A DNA stretch of 64,000 nt, taken from contig MU057865.1 of NCBI GenBank assembly GCA_013265495.1, forward strand, positions 620,001-684,000, written 5' to 3'. Source of the DNA: Vicugna vicugna. Taxonomy: Eukaryota. Shown in pieces: positions 13,191-24,598 of the stretch. A model generated the notes under the pieces. It saw only the letters and a program-made list of their open reading frames with translations, had not been told where the DNA came from and made no database searches. Each line of letters begins with the position of its first letter. Positions within the stretch are counted from its first letter, which is position 1. The position numbers and the translations under genes were made by a program.

Positions 13191-14373
13191 AAGGTAGTGT
13201 TATTACCAAAAACAGCAATTATTTTTAGTGCAAAAATAAGCCTCAGTTTTAGACTTTATCTCAAATATTATGGTTTCTACTCTTAGCCATCGAGGTCTTG
13301 CTGACAAAAGAATCATTCTCCCAGAGGAGAATTTTGTTGTTGGATAATAAACCACTTTTCCTAAGGCCCCATGACTCTTTTACTGCTGCCTCCTGTAGAT
13401 ACTGCCAGGTGTTCAGGGGTGCACGGGACATCTACAGCCTCCAAGAAGCCCAGTCAGAACTCACCACGCAACCGCCAAAGGATGACTCACAAGGGCCACC
13501 TGATCAGGAGAATATCCCAGACTCACTGTCTTGGGAAAATGCAAAGGGCAGCTGATAAGCAGTCAACAGTCGATAGGGATCGTCTTGCAGAAAGTCTGGC
13601 CAAGCAAAAAAATCGATGTTGATGGCCACCTTCCTCCACCCTCACACAGGTGCATCTCTGATCAGTGGGGCAATGCTGGAGGTGCGTAGGCTTTGGGACA
13701 GTGATGGTGGTGCACTGTCATCGTGTTCTCTGCTTCTGGCCCTGCGTTTATTAGAATGGGATTTCACAGATGGCCCCAGAAATATCCTGCTGAAGTCTTT
13801 CCCTCACAATGCCCTGGCCTTTCTCTTATTTCTCTGGCTCCCAAGTCATGCTCTCTACATCCAAGGGTAGAGATGGAAGTTGTAGACATTTTTAGGAAAG
13901 AGCCTGATTATCCTGCCCCCACATTTCCTCTTCACTCATTCAGAAGCGACCCACGTCTCAGGGCTGAGTTCTAGTCAGTTACATCAGAGAGGGAGAAGGG
14001 TGGGTTCTAGGCAGAGGGAACATCCTGAATGAAGCAGAGAGGTGAGAATGGGCAGATTTCATCTGAAAAACTAAAGGAATTTCAGAAGGTTGTGGTTTCA
14101 CATGGGGGAGGTTTGTGACAAAGGTCTAGTGTTAGTCCAAGGAGATTGGCTAGGGGCACATTTTGCAGGTATATGGGGATGTGGGGGCATCTCATAAACC
14201 TTATAGAGATGTGTACTTTACTCCAAGGGTGACTGAAAGCCCCCAGTTTCCTTCCTAAACATTATAGGGAAATGCGAGAAAGGATTGCCTCATGATGTTG
14301 CTTTATACTTTTGCCTTTTGAGAAGGGCAGCTCAAAAAACCGAAATAGAACTTTGACCCATTTGTATAAATAT

Positions 14374-14530
14374 CCTTCCCTTCCTCTCACCCTCCCTCCC
14401 TTCCTTCTTTCCAATTCCTTTCCCTCCTCTTGCTACTTCCTTCCTCCCCTTTCTTCCTCCCTCCGGCTCTCCCTTTCTCTCTTCCTTTCTTTACTTCTTT
14501 CTCCTCCAGCTCATCACCCTTTTCCTTTCA
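14374..14530. repeat. CT-rich low-complexity tract
   Basis: Directly visible pyrimidine-rich stretch. Confidence 0.85.
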
Positions 14531-15401
14531 TTATTTTCCACCACCAGCTACTGAACAAGCACCCTCTCCTGCCTCCCTGGGGATTGTGTGCCCCTCCTCC
14601 CCGCCACTCTGGGGCCTCAGTGTCCATTCCTCTTTCCCTGCAGACCCACGTTGAATTTTTATCAGCCCTGCAATTTTTGAAAAAGAGGCCACGAAGATGG
14701 AGATAACAAGCTCCAAGCCCCAGGCTGCAGGGAAGCTTGGCCTTGTCAATGAGAGATTAAAAGACAGCTGGGGCCTTGGCAACACTGGCTGCAGTCAACT
14801 TTAGAGTCCAGATGAGACCATGTGAGCTTTTCTTCTATAGTGTTAAGGTTTGTTTTTTCTTTTTTGGTCGGGGGAGAGGTTTTTTTTTTTTTCTTTTACT
14901 TTAATCCTCTGTGAAGACTTGAATTTCCTTCATTAAGTTTTATGGTTTGGAAAGAAAAGGGAAAACAGTAGGCACATGGTTCTCAACTCCAGTGTTTAAT
15001 CAGCCGAGAGTCCCCTTTGAGGTCACCAGATTACAATTAGTTTGCACTTTGTCAAAAGCAAATAGAATGGTTGTATACTAGAGTTCAAAACCTGTAAGAG
15101 CTTCCTGTTCCCCAGTTTTCTTCCAGGGCCTTGAGAGAGAAGCCCGCACCACTGGCCGCCTTCCCCACTGTGAATTTAAACGTCGCCAGAGCACCAGACC
15201 TCTGAATTAGCACTTTTCTACTCAACTGCTCACTCTCTGGATGAGTGAATGCCACCTCCTTTTAAAAGTGCCATGTCCCTCACGATTATGCAAGTGTTTA
15301 GAGGATGGCAAAGCCCCAAACACATCTATTTCCTCAAAGATTTTCGCTCCTTTCCTGAATTCTGAAAGCTACAGGCTATGGAAGGAGACTGTTGCATTAT
15401 T

Positions 15402-15657
15402 ATTTTTTCACTGAATATAGTTGATTTACAATATTGTATGAGTTTCAGGTATACAGCATAGTGATTCAGTTTTTTGCTTCTGGGTTTTTTTTTTTTCAGA
15501 TTATATTCCATTACAGTTCATTACAATATATTGGATACAATTCCCTGGCTATATGGCAAATCCTTGTTGCTTATCTATTTTACGTATAGTAGTTTGTATC
15601 TGTTAATCCCATACACTTAATTTGTCCACTGCTCCTTTCCTTGTCCCCTTTGGTAGC
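15402..15657 (-). mobile_element. artiodactyl L1 3' end (L1_Art-like)
   Basis: TATAGTTGATTTACAATATTGT...TTTCAGGTATACAGCATAGTGATTCAG...AGTTTGTATCTGTTAATCCCA...CCCCTTTGGTA. Confidence 0.88.
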
Positions 15658-15959
15658 ATTCCTGTGAGTAAAAGCTCTAATTTCCTATCTCATGGTTCTT
15701 CAGGCTACTGTGACACATCTTCCACTGTTGTTCTGCTTTCATAGAGCAATAGCCATTGGCATCATCTAGAAACCAATGTCACAGCCCAGGCTCATCTTGT
15801 CAGGCCTGCGATGGAGCATGGGAGGCTGTGTCTTGAAAAAACTCCCCACGTGATTTTTGCTGCATCCCTCCTGAGGCAAAGGACAACTTTCAGTGTCCAA
15901 AACATACCTTCCTGTTTTCTTGGAGAGAGAGATTGTGGATTTGGAGCTTCTGACAATCA

Positions 15960-16278
15960 GAAACATAAATACAAAACAGAAACAGACTCATAGACATAGA
16001 ATACAAACTTGTGGTTGCCAAGGGGGAGGGGGGTGGGAAGGGACAGCAGGGAGTTCAAAATTTGTAAATACTGACAGGCATATGTAACATAGATAAGCAA
16101 GATTATACTGTACAGCACAGGGAAATAGATACAAGATCTTGTGGTAGCTCACAGTGAAAAATGTGACAACGAATATATGTATGTTCATGTACAACTGAAA
16201 AATTGTGCTCTACATTGGAATTTGACACAACATTATAAAATGACTATAACTCAATTAAAAAAATGTAAAAAAAAAAAG
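15960..16278 (+). mobile_element. young camelid-type L1 3' UTR with poly(A), inserted in/next to a MIR
   Basis: CAGAAACAGACTCATAGACATAGAATACAAACTTGTGGTTGCCAAGGGG...GACTATAACTCAA plus A-tail; near-identical to copies at 20125 and 30213. Confidence 0.92.
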
Positions 16279-16289
16279 TACTGACTTTA

Positions 16290-16480
16290 CTGTCTGATGG
16301 CTCCAACATCTTCCTAACTTGAACAAGTTACCTACTTGCTCTGTGCCTCAGCTTCCCCTTCTATAAAGTGAGTTGAAATGTTCCTCACAGGATTCCACAG
16401 AGGCTCAAATGAGTGGAGGCATAGGATGCTTATAGCACAGGACTGGTATCTACCAAGCACCTCACTGATACTGTGATTAA
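16290..16480 (+). mobile_element. MIR SINE
   Basis: ACTTGAACAAGTTAC...CTCTGTGCCTCAGCTTCCCCTTCTATAAAGTG. Confidence 0.8.
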
Positions 16481-17299
16481 GACTTTACCAGTCTGTGTGT
16501 TATCAAGTCCCAGCCCCTAAAGTTTCCCCTTCCCTTGATCTTTCTCTCTGTTCCACCCTGAGCTCCATTTCGATGCCACGTCTTCCTTTCCCTGCCAGTT
16601 ATGAAGCCTGAAATTATGTGTTCCGCATGGTGTAACTGATTACCCCAGAGAGGGAGCTGGACTTCGGGGATCAGAAAGATCCGCCAGGATTAGATGCTCT
16701 GAATTAAGCGGCTGATAGGCAGAGGGAAAGGTTCAGGGGAGAAATACCCTTGCTAAAACATCAGATCAAGGGAATGAAATGCCAGATCTGACAAATTCGC
16801 TAGTAAAGTTTTGGGGTCAGTTCAAATTGAAGGGAAGCATATGGAGCCACGTCGCAGGTCAGGATCCCAGACGGGGGAGCTGGGTGGACCCAGCAGGCTT
16901 CCTCTAATCCCATGGCCATGCTGTAGCTGGATCACACCTGGAGAGTCTCGGGGGAGCAGACGCATGGCTTGCTGCCTGGTTCCAACCAACCTGGTCAACT
17001 GTACCCTGGAGACTTGTTCAGCGACTGGTAACTGGTCAGATAATGGCTTCGAAAGTTGACCATTTACATTGCATGAAAGTACAGTTCACACTGTCTCCCA
17101 TGACACACGGGCTGTGCCAGGAAGGCCTTGCTCATCTCCTGACATGCTGCTTCTTCACCGACTGCACTTGGGGACAGCTCTGTTTGGAGCCCGCCAGCCT
17201 CATCGCCGCCTCCAAGCCATGACGCATGCGTCCCTCAGCTGCAACTCACCTCTCCCTCTTCACCACATCCGGGGCCTCTGTTAAAACCTCTAAAGTTAA

Positions 17300-17550
17300 G
17301 TGAAACCCCTCACCTGCCTCTGCCAAATCATTCTATTTCAACACCTTCCTTTCTTCCATTAAGCAAATTACACCCCTATTTGTAAATATAAATTTTTTTC
17401 ATTTGTCTCCACATTTTTTTTTCTGTTACCACGCTGGAATTAGAAACTCTATAATCACAAGTGTAAGATCCAACTTATTCACCATTGTATCCCCAGGGTC
17501 TAGCGGGACACCCTGAACTCATTTTTTAGTGAAAGAATAAATGAATAAAT
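17300..17550 (+). mobile_element. L2 LINE 3' end
   Basis: TTATTCACCATTGTATCCCCAGGGTCTAGC...GAATAAATGAATAAAT tail. Confidence 0.75.
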
Positions 17551-18034
17551 AATTTTCTTTTTTTTTTTTAAATCAGGAACCTGGAAATACAGGCACTATG
17601 TCAGCTGGGAAGTTGCAAAGGCACCATTTTGCTCTCACATCTTAACTGCTTTGCTTCTGCTTCTTGCTGGCTTGATCGCCATGCACAAGGTCAGTTAGCT
17701 GAGGTTATTGCTTTGTTTAAGGGAACACATCCAAGCGAGGCAGAATGCAAAGGGTATTTCTCTTAAGAAAAAAAAAAAAGCCCAAGAATAAAATAAATAT
17801 TTTTGAGGAAATGGCAGCAAATGATCTAGATTTTCAACTTGAATTCCCTAGTTCCCCAAAGATCTTTCCCTCTTTGCTAATGGATTAACTCTAATGGCCC
17901 GCCATAATGTGATAGCAGCAAACTTGTTGGTGGTAAATAACCAACCTTCTTTTCAAAAGACATCAGGGGAAGGAAATTATGCTTTGAGATGGAGCCGGCA
18001 GTCACACTTGCCAGGCTGAGTTACAAGGGCCGTC

Positions 18035-18243
18035 AGGCCTCCTGCTTCAGGGCAAAAGTTGGTCACCAGCTGGGCTCAGAAGAAATTGCTCCAAGCCCCC
18101 TGCCCTGACATTGTACAATTAGGTACATTTCAGTGAGGATTTTTGCCTTTTTTTCATACCATTCCACACTGGCGACTCTCAGAGGCAAGATCCTGGGCTG
18201 GATGGACCATTGGTCTGGCTCCACTGGGGCAGCTCCTGTGCTT
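18035..18243 (+). mobile_element. ancient CR1/L3-clade LINE 3' UTR
   Basis: CCTCCTGCTTCAGGGCA...GCTGGGCTCAGAAGAAATT...GATCCTGGGCTGGATGGACCATTGGTCTG matches the recalled 3' terminus of amniote CR1/L3 elements (GATACTGGGCTAGATGGACCATTGGTCTGACC). Confidence 0.75.
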
Positions 18244-18877
18244 TGATGGTCTTAAACAACCTCGCTGAGAGATAAATGGGATTCTAAGAGGATTTTGAGA
18301 TAAATTCCCACAGCTATGAAGAGAAAAACATTTGACTCCGGTTTTGATATAAGCAACAGACCCAAATATTTAAAGTCGTTTGCTTCATTTATTTTCTCAA
18401 CTGTCTTGGCACACACTGAAGGAGGCAGTTTGTTCTGCCTGGAGTAATGTCTCCACTTGGTCCTCAGGGATTCCTCACTTGGGCTTCTGCAAGCAGATTC
18501 GTCTGTACAAGTGGTCGTAGGTGAATTTTCTTCTTTGGGATGCTTGTTCCATCTGTGACTCTACTCCTGCCTCCAAATTGTACTATGTATTTAAGTTCAC
18601 ATATTTCTCTCAGCACATGATTTTCAGTATGTGCTATTTAATAATGTGAAAACTAGCTTGGAAAACCAGCTCTTTACTAAGTGATTTTTGTTTGGCAGTT
18701 AAGGTCTAAGTGACACTAGAATTTTCAGACAAATCATACAAAGGTCGTTGGTTCTGATTAACCCTGTTTTGAGATCCTAGGTTAGTTAATTCAATCCCCA
18801 AATGGATTGGGTACATACTGTGTGCTGGTGCTATCAGTGTCTGCTCTCCCAGAGATGAGAGCATAAGACTGTCATGC

Positions 18878-19651
18878 ACTCCTACGTCTATACGTCATTT
18901 CAAGAGAAATGAAAACATACATCTAGACAAAAATCTGTAAACAGATGTCCATAGCAGCATTATGAGAAATAGCCTCTCTCCCAGCCAGAATAGAAACAAT
19001 GGATAAACAAAATGTGGTATATCCATACAATGGAGTATTATTTGGCAAAGAAAAGGAATTAAGTATGGTTGACCCTTGAACCATCCCAGTTTGAACTGCT
19101 TGGGCCCGCTTATATGCAAATTTTTTTAATAGTAGATACTACAGTAATGCACAATTTGCAGTTAGTTGACTCTGTAAATGTGGAACCAAAGACGCAGAGA
19201 AATTGCATACGTGGAGTGTCCGCTATAAGTTATATGCAGATATTTTACCATTCTGGGAGTTGGCAACCCCAAATCCCATGTTTTTCAAGAGTCAACTGCA
19301 CTGATATATATTAAAAGCTGATGAATTTTGAAAAGATTGTGCTAAGTGAAAGAAGTCAAACGCAAAGTCATATGTATGATCTATTTATATGAGATGTCAA
19401 GAGTGGTCAAATCTACAAATCTGTGGTAGGGACAGAAAGTAGGTTAGTGTTTGCCAGGGGCTGTGAGAACAAGCAATGGGGAATGACGGCTAAGGGGCGT
19501 GGAGTTTCTTTTGGCGCAAGGGAAATGTCCTGAAATCAGATAATGTGATACTTGCACAACTTTGTGAAAATACTAACAACCACTGAATTGTAGACTTTAA
19601 AAGGGTGAATTTTATGGTATGTGAATTATATCTCAATAAAACTGTTATAAA
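18878..19651 (+). mobile_element. L1MB-like 3' region interrupted by a Tigger MITE
   Basis: CAAGAGAAATGAAAACATAC, ATGGATAAACAAAATGTGGTATATCCATACAATGGAGTATTA, end GTGAATTATATCTCAATAAA. Confidence 0.88.
19066..19298 (+). mobile_element. Tigger2-family MITE nested in L1
   Basis: TIRs TGGTTGACCCTTGAA and TTCAAGAGTCAACTG; inserted at a TA (left TA, right CA) inside the L1 motif AAGTA/CTGATA. Confidence 0.88.
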
Positions 19652-19679
19652 CAGTAAGATGCTCAGTAAGCAAGGAAAT

Positions 19680-20470
19680 AGGTAACAGAAACATTAGGTA
19701 TTGGGATGAGCTCCGTTTAACCAGATGGAAAATGACCTGGAAGGAGTTGGCTGTTTTAGATTAGAGGTCAGGAAGGGCCTCTCTGAGATGGCATGGCCTG
19801 GAAAGCTAAGCCGGGGAAGGAGTCCTGTTATGTGAAGCTTCTTGGGGAGCAGAATTACAGGAAGCAGAAACGTGATTAGTGTATTTGAAGCCTGGCGAAA
19901 GGGCCAGGGTGTAGGGGAGCAGAGTGAGCAGCGGGGAGAGGATGATTCAAAATCAATTCAGAGATGTAGGCAGAGTTCTGGTGGACCCTGTATAACATGG
20001 CACGGAGTGTCTTATTTTAAGGGAAACCACTGGTGGGTTTTAAGCAGTGGTGGGATATAATCTCACTTACATTTTTAAAAGGCAGCCATTTCTGCTGTGT
20101 AGAAAAGGCTTAGAAGAGTGGAGATTATACTGCATAGCACAGGGAAATAGATACAAGATCTTGCAGTAGCTCACAGAGAAAAAAATGTGACAATGAATGT
20201 ATGTATGTTCATGTATAACTGAAAAATTGTGCTCTACACTGGAATTTGACACAACATTGTAAAATGATTATAACTCAATATAAAAAAGTTAAAAAAAACT
20301 TTATTAAATGATTTACCAAAGGTAAAAAAAAAAAAAAAGAGCAGAGACTGGCTAGGATTCACGGCAATATTCCACGTCAGAGATGGGGTGGCTTAGACCA
20401 AGTTGGCGGCTGAGAAGGCAGGTGGGCAGATTTAGAAATGTTCAGAGGTGTAGCTGACAGGACTGAAATA
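19680..20470 (-). mobile_element. L2 LINE fragment split by a young L1
   Basis: GGTCAGGAAGGGCCTCTCTGAG...GGGAAACCACTGGTGGGTTTTAAGCAG, resuming after 20347 with AGAGATGGGGTGGCTTAGACCA. Confidence 0.75.
20125..20338 (+). mobile_element. young camelid-type L1 3' end with a second poly(A) (putative 3' transduction)
   Basis: L1 3' end, A8, 25 unique nt containing ATTAAA, then A15; candidate TSD AAGAGTGGAGA / AAGAGCAGAGA. Confidence 0.88.
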
Positions 20471-20519
20471 GATTCATGATTCACAGAGCTTTTATTGGCT
20501 GTAACAGAAAGCTAGACAT

Positions 20520-21000
20520 ACATTTACAAAGACAAGTTCAAGATTTTCGAGAGGCACTATTTACTCATGCCTCCAAACGAGAAATTACCCAAAGGTTCAC
20601 TAACAGTAGCATAGATAAATACATTGTGGGGTATTCGTGCAGCAGAATCTCATATCAGAAATAAGAAGGAGCAACTGTCAAGGGAAAGAAACAAGACACT
20701 GACTTTCATTCAGTATTACCCTGTGTACACAAAACTGGAAAACTGGTTTAAACGATCTATAGGGTTTGAAGTCTGAATAGTGGTTACTTTTGCTGGGGTG
20801 GTGATGGGTAGAGGGTACAGAGGAGAGCTTCTGAAGGTATTGGTAGTGTCCTATATATATGTGTGTGTATATATATATATATAATTTTAATTTGAGTTCC
20901 AGTTACATAGGCTGTTCCAGTTTTGAAAATTCATTGAGCTGGACATTTGGTTTTCCACTTTTGTCTAGGTATATTTTAGAGCAATCTAAAAAGTTAAATA
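20520..21000 (+). mobile_element. old L1 (L1MC/ME-like) 3' fragment
   Basis: AACAGTAGCATAGATAAATACATTGTGGGGTATT...GAAGTCTGAATAGTGGTTACTTTTG...TTTGAAAATTCATTGAGCTG. Confidence 0.7.
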
Positions 21001-22119
21001 ATGAGTCCAAATTGGCATTTCAGTATTTATTAGAGATTTTGGCATTTCTGATTCTAGACTCAAAAAGTTAAACTGGAGTTAAACTGATTTAAGTCTATAG
21101 CATGTGGAAAATATAGGAGAGTCCTTGCTGACTGTAGTCTTGGTATGATAAGATGACATGACCAACAATAAGAAGTGTACGTAGCCTTGGCTCCATTAAT
21201 AATGGAATGCTCTGCCTTGTGGGCGTTGTCCCTACATTTCCTCAGCCATCACGATCATCTTCCTTGGTGTATATATTTCTAGGCTTAGAGACTTTCTCCT
21301 GGATATTTTGCAGAAGACTTTTGGTTTGAAAATAGAGCTAATTGTTTAATATTTTTGTTTATTAATCTATTCATTTGTTTACTTCCTTCTTCTCTTTCAT
21401 GCAATAAATGATTAATAATCAGTGAATATCTAGAATATGTACATACTGTATTGGTGCTTTGGAGACAAAGATAATTAAGACATTGTCCCAGCAAGGATGA
21501 GACAGATAAATGGGTAAGTATAATACGCAGTGGTTGGAGAGTGGCAAAGTCTGGTGTGCATGCTAATTTGCGATCACAGAGTAATAGTATCCAATGATTA
21601 AGGGTCTTTCTCTCCTCTGTGGTCCCAGTATTTTTTGTTTGACCTGTTCCTGGATTGGCAGATCTGGTCAACTATTATCTCTCCCATTTCACAGAGGAGA
21701 AACTTGGATGAAAAGAAGGAATGTGTCCAAAGTCACTAAGCACGGGCAGTAGTTATTCTCAAGGCTTTTGTCTTGCAGTCCTCACGCTTCCCTGGAGACC
21801 AGGAGACCTTCCCAATAACCCTGAGCACATCTTATCTCCTTGGAAACAAATACACAAAAACACCCTATTGATTGTTTTATCAGTTTCTAGCAGATAAGAA
21901 TTGGTGCTGACAGAAATTCAAAGTATTCACTCTTTGTGAGGCAATTTATTGTGCTTGTGACAAGGCAGTGCTTCAGGAACCTGGAGCTTCGGTGGGTTAT
22001 ATTGTAAACCCTTGAAGTCGACACAGTATCCTGCTCTTTATTGAAGACAGATCAGGCTGGGAAACATTATAACCTGCTGCACTCACTCTAAGCATGGTTT
22101 GGGATTCCAATTCCACTTA

Positions 22120-22924
22120 CCGGTACCGGGAGACAAAACAGGAAAGAAATTGTAAGTAAGGCTGAAAATAGGTCTGGGTTTTGAGTCTGTTTGGGCCTGG
22201 GGGAGACTATGTCTTAGAATGTCCCTATTTTCTTATCAGAGCCTTCATGACCTTCTAATTTTTATCTTCAAGTAGAATATTTCTCAGACTTTTTCTTAGT
22301 TGAAAAACTCTCTGAAAAAAGTTAGAGTATAAAATAGACTCACCGAGTAGGAGTCTGGAGTCGGGGATCAGAGTCTGTCTCCCGGGGCCTCCTCTCCCCC
22401 CAGAAGACAAGCAGGTGGTACAAACGGGGCTCAGAGTCACCGCTAGGTTTCGTGTGGCTCCGTTTGAAAGAGCAGAAAACTAACAAGATGGCTACTGAGT
22501 TGTTCAGACCTGTGTTTTTAACCATAACTAATCTTATGACTAACGGGCTCCCCTCCCTATGCACTCTTCTTAGCATAAAATCCTTTTACCCTAGAGGACT
22601 TGAAAGAAGGTCATGGATGGAACCTCAAGAAGGTGGGCAGACCCTCCTAAATTCCTCTGTAACAACAGCAAGTTCTTATCAAGTTGAAAAGAATGTAACA
22701 CCCTGTAAAACGCGCTGATTGTTATCACCTTTTCTGTTCCATTCAGTTTTTCTGTGAAACCTCAATACCCCAACCCCAAGATGGGCTCACAGTCTCTAAG
22801 GCTCTACCTGCCATGACCCCTTTGCCTGGCAAAGCAATAAAGCTGTTCTTTCCTCTCTTCCCAAAACTCTGCCTCCAGCTCTCAATTCGGCTATTAGGGT
22901 ACAGAGGTCAGTTTTTCGGCAACA
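22120..22924 (+). mobile_element. ERV1-class solo LTR (5' boundary uncertain)
   Basis: CCTTTGCCTGGCAAAGCAATAAAGCTG poly(A) region and ...TTTTCGGCAACA terminus, as in laurasiatherian ERV1 LTRs. Confidence 0.75.
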
Positions 22925-23311
22925 CATTCCCAAACCACGGTAAACCTAGGACTTCAACAACAAGTTTACATTGGCTCCTCTCTATTTATTCTAAATATTT
23001 TATTTGTTCAGTGTTCCAGACTCTCAAAGCCCAGTTCGTATACTTTATTGACTAGCTACCTTTCAAATAAACATCTTAATTAAATGCTTTGTATATAGTA
23101 TCTCATTTAAACCATTTCTGGTCTCAGTTGCTGGGGCGGGGGATGCCTCAAGCCAGTCTGGATGTAGGGCAAGCTTGCTGCTCTCAACGCAGCTGCCTTC
23201 TATATCCCCCTCTCAGGCAGAGAGGGAGCTCAGGGCATCATTCCACAGCCCCGCCTGCCCCCTGCCCCCAACCCTGCCATTGACTTTATCATGTCTCCGA
23301 GTACGTCTTGT

Positions 23312-23927
23312 TGAGACAGGAGGGATGTGGGCAGGGCACATCCATTCAAGGAATGACACAGAAATTAACACCAGGATGGTGGAAGATTCAACCCTCAGTA
23401 GACCCTGAGGCTCAAGATGGCGGGAGATTTGACTTCTAGTAGACCTTGAGCGTCACTGTATTCTCATTATAATATTAACATGGTAAATGACACTCCCACA
23501 GGTGCCATGACAGTCTTGAGGCTGACCATGAAAGGTCAGAGTGGGTGATGGCCCAGCTCCTGGGAATCCCAGCCCCTTCCCTGGGGTAGTTGGAATGGAC
23601 CTCCCACTTGGCATGTGAAGCTACCGAGCACATAAAAACTGGCAACACCATGCCTCGCGGCCTCCTCTCTCACTCCCTCCTCTTAGGAATTGGCCCTCAC
23701 TCTGTCTATGGAGTGTGTACCTACTTTTACTTAACCTGAGCACCCAACCCCCACACCTCATGGGCTTTCTCTTGCCTTTCAATGTATCTCTCTAAATAAA
23801 CCTACCTTGACTCAACTGTGGCTCGCTCTTGAATTCTTTCCTGTGCTAAGCCAAGGATCCACACTTGGCAGGGCACGTCCCAAGGGCTCCACAGAGACCT
23901 GGGACACAGCCCTCCTCACGCCCCACA
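23312..23927 (+). mobile_element. ERV1-class solo LTR, 616 bp
   Basis: TG...CA ends; 5-bp flanking repeat CTTGT/TTTGT; CATAAAAA TATA-like box, AATAAA, and GCTCGCTCTTGAATTCTTTCCTG...AAGCCAAG U5-type motif. Confidence 0.85.
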
Positions 23928-24394
23928 TTTGTTTTTCCTGTATCATTGTCATGGCACAGCAGGTTATGCCGGAAGATCTCCCTCACCTCCCAAATCTCCC
24001 AAATGTCAGGCAGGGCAGGACCTGCCCAACCTCAGCGTCGTTCTCCCAGAAGCATGCAGCTGACCTGTTTCCGGGGAGAATCCTAGGTAGGGGATTGCTG
24101 AGCACAGACTACCCTCTGACTCTTCCTCTGCCCTTCTTTCATCATCCCTGTCCTCCAAGACACAGGCTTCTCTGGTCCCCTGTCCTTCCTCCCTCCCCGT
24201 ACACAGGGCTTTAGCTCCAGACTCCCGGGCCTGCTCGGTTACATAAAAGGCAAAACATTAGGGATTCCCATCAGGAGACCTTTCTGTGAAAGCCATTCCA
24301 CTGTGGCTGCTGTAGCCTTTCCCATCCTTCACCTCATGTGCTCCACAGGCACCTCACTGCCTTGGTGCCTCAGGAACCTGGTCTGGGATTCCCA

Positions 24395-24598
24395 AAGTTT
24401 AGTACAAATCAACAACTTTAGGATTTATTATAGGTGCTGACATCAGGGCATCTCCATAAAGTTTATGTAACTCAGTAGGACTGGGTTAGAGCCCAGGAAT
24501 CTGCATCTTGAAGGAGGATTCTCCTCATTTCCTCCCCCCACCTCCCCAACCCCGTGGTTCTCACGTACGATTGTAGAGTCCTACTTTGAGAAACACTC
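24395..24598. mobile_element. MER5A-like hAT MITE
   Basis: TCAGTAGGACTGGGTTAGAGCCCAGGAATCTGCAT...CTTTGAGAAACACT. Confidence 0.7.

Noticed and set aside
14311..14706. Leu/Ser/Pro-rich 131-aa ORF
   Set aside because: Produced by a CT-rich low-complexity tract.
16272..16286. AAAAGTACTGA shared between this L1's 3' flank and the TSD of the L1 at 30213 (reverse strand)
   Set aside because: Only 11 bp, four of them A's expected from L1 endonuclease preference; probably coincidence.
22120..23927. The two LTRs as ends of a single deleted provirus
   Set aside because: The LTR sequences are unrelated, and no primer-binding site or gag/pol remnant is visible between them.
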